Assembly: GCA_964016885.1 (NCBI GenBank)
Contig: OZ024741.1
Location: 380,122,001-380,186,000, forward strand
Direction of reading: 5' to 3'
DNA: 64,000 nt
From: Eledone cirrhosa
Lineage: Eukaryota
A program made the translations under genes and the position numbers. Within the stretch, counting starts at the first letter, position 1; every line of letters begins with the position of its first letter. The notes beneath the pieces were generated by a model that had not been told where the DNA came from, searched no databases, and was given only the letters and a program-made list of their open reading frames with translations. Below, piece after piece: positions 55,661 to 64,000 of this stretch.

Positions 55661-57129
55661 TTCGAACTGTTTAGGTTCGACATTTAAACACTCTTATCGA
55701 GGATTGGTGAATGTATGGTTACATAACCACTGGTGATTTTTGTGTGGCACTATCACGCTGTAGACAAACATAAATAAACAAACAAACAAACAGGCAAAAA
55801 AAAACCAAACAAGAATAAGCATATGTTTCATTGTAATGTAATGTTTGACTGTCTGACTTAGTTTTTCCCTTCCCTTCTCTGTCCGTCTGTTTGTTTTTCT
55901 CTTCATTTTTCTTTTCTTTACGTTTTTCGTTGTTGCTGTGCTGCTTTGATTTTGATTTTTGTTTTTTTGATTTATTGACCGGGTCATCAATTCGGTCTAT
56001 TTTTATATGTTGATGCCTTCCTCTTTTAGTGGGGACACTACGATGCATGTGTTAGCGGGAGGTAGTGGAAGAGAATAGCGGCGGTAGTGATAATGAGGCA
56101 GTGGTGGTGGTGGTGGTGGTGCTGTGCTAGTAGTACTTAGCAGGAGGTAGTGGGAGAGAATAGCGGCGGTAGCGATAATGAGGCAGTGGTGGTGGTGATG
56201 TCATCGTAGCACTGTAGTGATGTTGTTGAAATTGAGGCAACTTGACCAGAGTTTTTAGCGTGGTAGTGGTGGTGGTGTTGGTGGTGAAATTATCTTCTCT
56301 GTCCACTTAGCTATTTAGCTATTTAGCTAACTATTTAGTCATTTTGCCATTTCCTCCTTTTCGCCTCTAACATTCCTGATCCAATATTAAATATTAATAT
56401 TGTTTATTAATATTGTCTAGTGATACCGCCACCTTCACCTTTCGTAAGTTAACAGAAGGTAATGGGGGAATAGCGGTGGTAGCAATGAAGGAGTGGTGGC
56501 GGCGGTGATGGGATAGTGGTAGCAATGATGGATGAGATGGTGGTGGCGGAGACTGTATTGATGGCGTTGTCGTTACTGACTTTTGTTGAATAGACTGTAG
56601 TTTGTTTGTTTGATCGGTGAATCTATGCGATTAGTCGCGTATCTTTAATATATGTGTTGACATTTTTTACTTAATATTGGAATTAAACATTTTGTGAAAA
56701 CTTGAGACAATAATAATAGTAATTATTATTATTATGCTGGGATTGGTGGTGGTGGTGGTGAAATTGCCGTTATCTGGCTGTTGTATTTAGTGTACACAGA
56801 GGGGGTGATGGGATAGGTGGTGTATCTAATTTGTGGTGTTGGTGAAATTGCTGTTATTTGGCTGTTCTATATAGTGTAGACAGAGAGGGTTTTCTTCCAT
56901 TTATAACCATTTTCTTTTTTGAATATAAAAATGTATAATACAAAATTAAATATTTGAGCGGTATAACAGAATATTATGGATCTTAATTTTTCTGATGGTT
57001 GAGTCCGGTGCTTTATGTATCATTTGTACTAAGAATTGCTATTCCACAAATTGATTTAAATATGTTAAAAATCAAAAAATTACGGGAGCGATTTCATGAC
57101 CTTCTATCAACCACGTTCATCTTCTTCCC

Positions 57130-57232
<103 letters not shown>

Positions 57233-57678
57233 GAGTTCTATTAAAATAAAATATATTTTGGATATGACATATTTACATTTCAGACAATATATTTAAACAT
57301 CAAAATGATCGATGTTATGATGACTGTAGACAAGAATACCTTTTTATCCCTGTATTTTAAATATATGAATGATTGATAAGAATATTAAGAAAACATGAAT
57401 TATATATAAAGACAATAAAAGTCTGGAAAATTAACAAAGTGTTCAAAACAATACTATACTACCAATCTAAAGATTTTGTGTAAGAGAATTAAGTTAATTT
57501 AAAAACGAGTGTCCTTCGGGACAACAAAGAAATAATTATCGATCGACAATTATTTATGGAATTATTAAATATATCATATACATAAGAGCCAATTTGGCAA
57601 ACTTATATTAATGTGAAACATTCAAAAATAGTAATAGGTGGTAAATGTCTCCACTCGAAAATATAATTTATATAATTT

Positions 57679-57753
<75 letters not shown>

Positions 57754-57846
57754 GTATTTGCGTAGGAAATGTAAATGAAAAGAGAGTGCTCTATGTAGGC
57801 TACAGAGTTATTTATTTATGTAATAAACAACATAAGATAATTATTT

Positions 57847-57913
57847 CATTTACCAAAGGTTTCACGAAGACAGACAAGCCTGGCACATACGTCTGACTTC
57901 CATCATCAGAATG
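57847..57913 (-). ncRNA. Hammerhead ribozyme with extended stem II
   Basis: CATT-CTGATGA-tGGAAGtCAGAC..GTCTGtCTTCgt-GAAA-CC(ttt)GG-TA-AATG. Confidence 0.75.
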
Positions 57914-58756
57914 TAAGTTTATTTAAAATGGAAGTGAGATATGGATTTGGCAACTTGCCTCAATTCTAAAACTGAGATCTTCAGAAGTTGTCCACACTTA
58001 AAATCACATGTCCTTTCCAGCTAATATAAACACACCTACGAATACTCAACCATTCTGAGCTTCCTCTTTAAAAATTAATTCTTCCACTCAATACCCACAT
58101 CATCGCTTTATGAACACGTACATTTTACCCAGTTTGAGTTATAAACATGTACGTTTTACTACAACCCTTATATACAATTATCTCCCAGTTGTTTATTTAA
58201 TTTATCTTCTTTATACCCTTACCCATTTTCTGTCATATTTTTAACACATACACACCCTCCACCTTCATTCTGTCCACTTCTCTTAACCCTTTCCTTTCTC
58301 ACTACCCATATTACTTTATGAACACATACATTTTACCCATATCGATTCATAAGCACATCCATTTTACCAGAAACATTATACACAATTATTTCTCACCTGT
58401 TTACACAATGTCTTTTCAAAACCTAACTTCACATACTCTCGCTTCCTTCCAGACTCTACTACTTACATCAACACTAACACACAGACACACTCCCATCTAC
58501 ACATAAATACACGCCGTAGCTTCCGCCATCCCCACCCAGATTCTGATCCCCCCCACTATTTCTCCGCCCTCTCCACCTTCACCTGTCCCTATACCCTACC
58601 ACACCCTACCATCGCGAAGCTATACACCCCATACATCCGCTTTATTTTCCCTTTTTTTAATTCTGTTTTATCTATTTTTATTTTCCCTTTTTCTCGTGTT
58701 CTTGTTAACTTCCCTACTTACTACCGTCCTTACTCAATCTCGGAGTTCCTCTCAAC

Positions 58757-58792
58757 TTTCCTGATGAAGGACTTGAATCCGAAACGTCGAAA
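58757..58792 (+). ncRNA. Minimal PLE-type hammerhead ribozyme
   Basis: TTTC-CTGATGA-A-GGA(cttgaa)TCC-GAAA-CG-TC-GAAA. Confidence 0.8.
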
Positions 58793-58876
58793 TCTCTTTT
58801 ACTACCCCTAACCGTCAACCTAATACAACTATGTACAATTGACTTTGCGTTTGTTTGTTCTTTTCAACTATATTTA

Positions 58877-59018
<142 letters not shown>

Positions 59019-62000
59019 ATGAAAGATTGAAGAAGAACATGGTCGGCTGAACAAAAATGGTTTATTTCAAGTATTAAGTCTAAAGGCTGCTAATCACTCG
59101 AATTTCCGTCACTCGACCTTAAATACGGTGTTTACCTCTGATCAAATAATCGGAATACTGGAGGTTTTACATATGACATTGGTATATATAGATACAACGG
59201 AAGGCCTATCATTACGATAAAGGACACGCTAATAACACAGAGGAATTTACTACGGGAAAATACGGATTTAAATCCTGCAAAAATCCACCGAATAATCCCC
59301 ATATTGATACCTTTGAACTCGACCTCATGAACATGATAAATGAATCCGAATTCAAAAAAAGTACGCATTACAACAAACTGCAAAACGACATCAATCAATG
59401 CACAGTTGAAGAAACTACGCATCACCAACGCTATTATGGTAAAAGCGGATAAAAGATCAAACGTAAACACCATGAGCCTTATCACATACAATAACTTTAT
59501 ACGCCGTGAACTACACAAAAAATACAAGAAAACTACAGAATCTACACTCACTAGCATTAATAAGGAACGTCTTAGCATAGTAAAAAACTGAAAATATCTG
59601 ATAGAACCGAGCCTCTAACCCCTTGTAACCCCACATTTAACCCGAAGGATCATAAAAATAATTTCAGACCCCACAATTAGATTAATATGCCCATCGAAGT
59701 CGGATATAGGTACACTTAGCAATATATACTAGATAGAGTAATAGCACAAATAAAGTACAAACTATTAATTAAGCTATGGGGTAACACTAACGAAGCAATA
59801 GATTGGTTCAGCAAAATAGACAGTAGGGAAACATCCAACTTCGTACAGTTTGACATCAATGACTACTACTCCTCCATCTCCCTAGTCACCCTAGATAAAG
59901 CGCTAACCTTTTCCCAGAAAAACATGGACCTAACCTCTGATGAAATTAGAATAATAGTAGCTGCTAGGAAAACTATTATTAGATTCGAAAATAGTTACTG
60001 GGAACGAAAAAAGAGACAGAATAACTTCGATATCACTATGGGATCTAGCGACTCAGCACAGCTAACAGACATAGTTAAAATATATATAGCGTATAATTTA
60101 CATAAGGAATTTAATAACCTCCAATGAACAATTTTTAGAGACGACACACTCCTTTTAGCTAAACACTTAAATAATCAAAACATGGAAAGATTACGGAAAA
60201 ACATCAGTGTCTTCTTCAACAAACTAGGCCTAGGTACCACTTTCGAACTTAACTCTAAAAAAGCAAACGTCTTAGATCTAACGCTCAAATTAAACACAGG
60301 ATTAATAGAGCCCTTCCATAAAAATAACGAAAATCTAGCCTACATTAGTTATAACTCAAACCCCTCGCTCCATAATTAACTCCATAGCACATAGTATATC
60401 CCTCAGAATATCCCGCCTATATTCTAACCTAGAGATTTTTAACGAACACGCAAACTACTATAAGATAGCTTTACATAAGGCAGGCCATAAGGAGTGGTTC
60501 AAATATATACCAGATAGAAACAGCAACAACAAACCTAACGACAGCTACACTACCCACACCTATAGGAATAGCAAACATAGAACTAAACATAGAAATAGAC
60601 AACGAGCACCAGAAATAACTGAACCGAATACTAATATAGGGAGCCCTAGGAACTATAGAAAATCCACATATAGGAAATAATTATGATTCAATCCAATATT
60701 CAACTCCTATATAAAAACCAAACTACCTACTACATTCTTTAAGATATTTGACAAACACTTCCTTAAACTACACAAATACCATAGAATCTTTAACAACCTA
60801 CGAACACACACCATAGCACCAAATACAAAATGCAAACACATAACAATACCACAACCACACACACATCGGGGCGCATCGCAACAAAACATCAATAAGCCTA
60901 CATATCAGCCCATCCATAATAACATGCATAACCGCAACGGAGATCCTGCACACAGGAAAGCCTCCAACTGTAATTGCCACTTGCCGGATAAGTGCTCACT
61001 ACAAAATAGATATCTAGATTCAAGTATGGTGTACCTGTGTACTATAAATTCAGGTAAATTTACATGGCACTACATAGGTTCCACGGCTGGGGAATTCACA
61101 AAAAGATGGTACGTTCACAGAGACTCTATGAATAACCGTAGACTAGAGAACTCAACAGCGCTGGCCAATCAAATCTGGCAGCTTAAGAAAAAACCAGGAA
61201 TATGGGATTAGCTGGTCGAAATTATCGGGAGCAAGGGCCTACGAAAATGGAATGTCCAACTGCGGACTTTGCAATATCGAGCTGTTCCATGTTTTAAAGT
61301 ATGATAAAATGCTGCTTAACAGCAAAATAGAACGATCAGTTTTCTGTAGGCACAAATCAGCTACCAAGGTCGCAAATTTCAAACCAACATGATTCAATCC
61401 AGCAATCTCAGATTTCATGCCGAACCACCTGAATTTTAATGTACTGACTATATACCACCCCACTGTTATTAACTATCAACTAACCAACTGGTCACTAAAT
61501 CAACAAGATAAATCTCCTAACCTTCCTTCACTCAGCTCCCTAAGGACAGATCACCCCCATTAAGATAAAACAATTAGCCTGCGAAATATTTAACACACAC
61601 ATATATCAAAACTCTCCCTCTCAATGTTTATTCTCTATCTACCTATCTACTCCTTCCCCGTCCTCAGCCCTACACCTTATGTTTCATCTTCGTATCTCTT
61701 CCCCTCTCACTTAATTTTTAATTTATTATTATTTTATCTTTTATCTGACATTTGTTACAATTTTTTTTTTCTACTCTAACCCTCTGAGATTTGACCACTA
61801 CGTATGTATGTATTCAATGCTTCTTTTCATATATAGTATTATCTCTACCCTCATCACGTCTTTACACATACACTTACTCACCACTGTAACTTTAATCACC
61901 AGCACCACCACTACTATTATCATCAATCGTATTCTGTACTTGTTACTTTTTAATTATATTTCACATCTATATCATTTTCATTCTAACCTCTTTACTTATT

Positions 62001-62410
62001 TATTATAATATATATTGAGGTTATTGTTTTGATTCTCCGTTGTATCTATATATATATACCAATGCCATATGTAAAACCTCCAGTATTCCGATGATTTAAT
62101 CAGAGGTTAACACTAATTTAAGGTCGAATGACGCAACTTCGAGTGATTAGCGGCCTTTAGACTCACCTGATCAATGAAACAATTGTTAATACTTGAAATA
62201 AACCCTTTTTTGTACAGCCAACCATGTTATTCTTCAATCTTTCACTATTATTGCTCCAAGAATAACAACCTGCATAGGAAATCTCGCGAACTCGCTACCT
62301 AACTATGGGAACCTCTTGTTGGGTCAAACAATGCCGTACGTTAAAACGATCCACAATGCAGAGTACTCACAACCTCTAACTGGATTACCTATAACGATAA
62401 CTTGTTATCC

Positions 62411-62411
<1 letters not shown>
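59019..62411 (+). mobile_element. Long PLE insertion (family I) with inverted terminal copy 59019-59201 of 62037-62244 and ~165-nt tail
   Basis: Inverted repeat visible; (TA)n both sides; decayed ORF inside. Confidence 0.85.
59340..61392 (+). pseudogene. PLE RT plus C-terminal GIY-YIG ORF (stops and frameshifts)
   Basis: VKADK, KDHK, FVQFDINDYYSSI, FDITMGSSDSA, FRDD, CNC..C, MVY..HYIGST, TALANQIWQLK, CGLCNIE, CRH. Confidence 0.9.
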
Positions 62412-62441
<30 letters not shown>

Positions 62442-62900
62442 GACAAATCCAGTTCATCACCTTTAGAGAATGCTTTCTGTAGTTTGCGTTAGATAGATAG
62501 GAATACATAGAGACAAAAATAGTAATACATAGATAGATACAAATCAATGTGTGTGTGTTTGTGTGTGTGTATATGTGTTTGTGTTCAAGATGCTAGTGTT
62601 TTATTTCACTGTCATTTCTAGCGACACCAGTCACCACAATGTTGATAGATATATAGGTAAATAGATAGATATGAATACATAGATGCTGAAAGAATAGTAC
62701 ATAAAAAGATACAACTCAATCAGTGTATGTGTGTGTATGTGTGTATGCATGTGTGTGTATATGTGTGCGCGCGCATGTTAAAAGCTAAGGCCTTATTTCA
62801 AGTCATTTTTAGCAAGAGAGGTTACCACAACATAGCTCTTTGTGCGATGTACGCCAGACAGGTACGCAGACAAATCGATAAAGGGCCAAGCATAGGCCAT

Positions 62901-64000
62901 GTAACGAGGTACCTGGCGTTGCTCGGGAATGAAAGTGTTCCTTATATATTTGAAGAAGAAAGCAAAACATTTTGTATAGAAATGTGTTATTCTAAATGCC
63001 ATGTATTCTTCAGTTGAGGTACATGATGAAATCAATTCTGAATTCATTATACAGAAATTAATAAAAAACATTGAAAATACGACATGTATCTATGTTATGA
63101 GGGGAGATAAATTCCATCGCGTGCTGAAAGAAGTTACTTAAGAGTTTCTGGGTAAAAAACATTCTTTGTTTTCTGGTTCGGAGCATAGACAAATTAGTCT
63201 TGTAAACTACACAACTTGGAGCAACAGACGTAAAGTTTACCATGAGAAAAGAAAGGCTAATTTACGTTCAAACTACTAGATTTATTGATAGATATTGCGA
63301 AGCAAAATCGCACTAGGAATTGTATTTCAAATGGCATGTCCGTTGATTTGATTGGAATTCTTGTGATGTACACCCAGATGTACACCCAGTGATGATGGTA
63401 GCTTCAATATCAATTTGTGATAATGTCTTCACAATCAATCTTGTCCCATTGCGTAAGTTAGGAGGATCTAAATTTCTTAGAAGCATTATTAGGACGCCAA
63501 ACTTCAGGAAAACTTTCTGTGGGGGAGTTCGAAGTGGCTCAAGAGAATTACGAAACGCTGTAGGTAGTGGATAGCTTGATTTTCATCAAGGACTAAATCA
63601 ACTGATTCGTACTTCTTAATTACTGTTGGAATCTAATTCATTAGCTCATGGTTAATTCTTGCTAATGTCTCAATTTTTTTAAACAGGAATTTCACTTTCA
63701 CACAACCATTTGTGTGAATTATAATGATCAGTTAAGTTTGGAAATACCCTGTTTTTCAATTCAGCTGGTGAAACCACCATGATAGCACTATCAGCCAATT
63801 TGATATAACCATACCCATCAATCGTTACTGCCCCATTTTCTAATTGAAGGTATCGAGTTGATAACTGGTCTGTACATTGGTCTCAGTGTAATAACGATCT
63901 CGTGTTAGTATTGAAGCAGACATTCTTTACTTTACTTCATAGATACGAAGACTTAATGCATGTTTTTATTTCATCAACTCTTGTTCCTTTCGGAATGACC
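62901..64000 (-). pseudogene. Helitron remnant: PIF1-like helicase fragment plus degenerate 3' hairpin
   Basis: VIPKGTRVDEIKTCIKSSYL, IMLLRNLDPPNLRNGTRLIVK..IEATIITG; CCCGAGCAACGCCAGGTAC at 62910-62928. Confidence 0.8.

Larger units (their letters stand above)
57751..58868. mobile_element. Head-to-head insert joining two different hammerhead-bearing 3' ends between (TA)n tracts
   Basis: Hammerheads on opposite strands near each end; no arm homology; internal duplication 58107-58197 / 58315-58405. Confidence 0.6.

Overview
This is AT-rich, microsatellite-dense eukaryotic non-coding DNA. The SINE, Dong/R4, Tx1 and PLE mix suggests a cephalopod (octopus-like) genome, which is inference only. 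No intact host gene is supported, and most ORF-track entries are microsatellite translations. Recognisable content: decayed L1/Tx1, R4/Dong, CRE and RTE LINEs, Tc1/mariner and Helitron remnants, about ten copies of one tRNA-type SINE, and many Penelope-like element (PLE) pieces. The main signal is a (TA)n-targeted PLE system. At least nine distinct families are inserted into (TA)n tracts as head-to-head two-armed inserts from 90 bp to 3.4 kb, including a palindrome with 1.3-kb arms. One arm ends at a 'long' 3' end and the other at an internal 'short' end. About 20 hammerhead-ribozyme motifs sit in these arms, read by eye. They include minimal forms with a palindromic stem III, U3:A8 and GCAA core variants and a long-stem-II form. 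Several inversion junctions map to the ribozyme hairpins. Coordinates of decayed elements are approximate.
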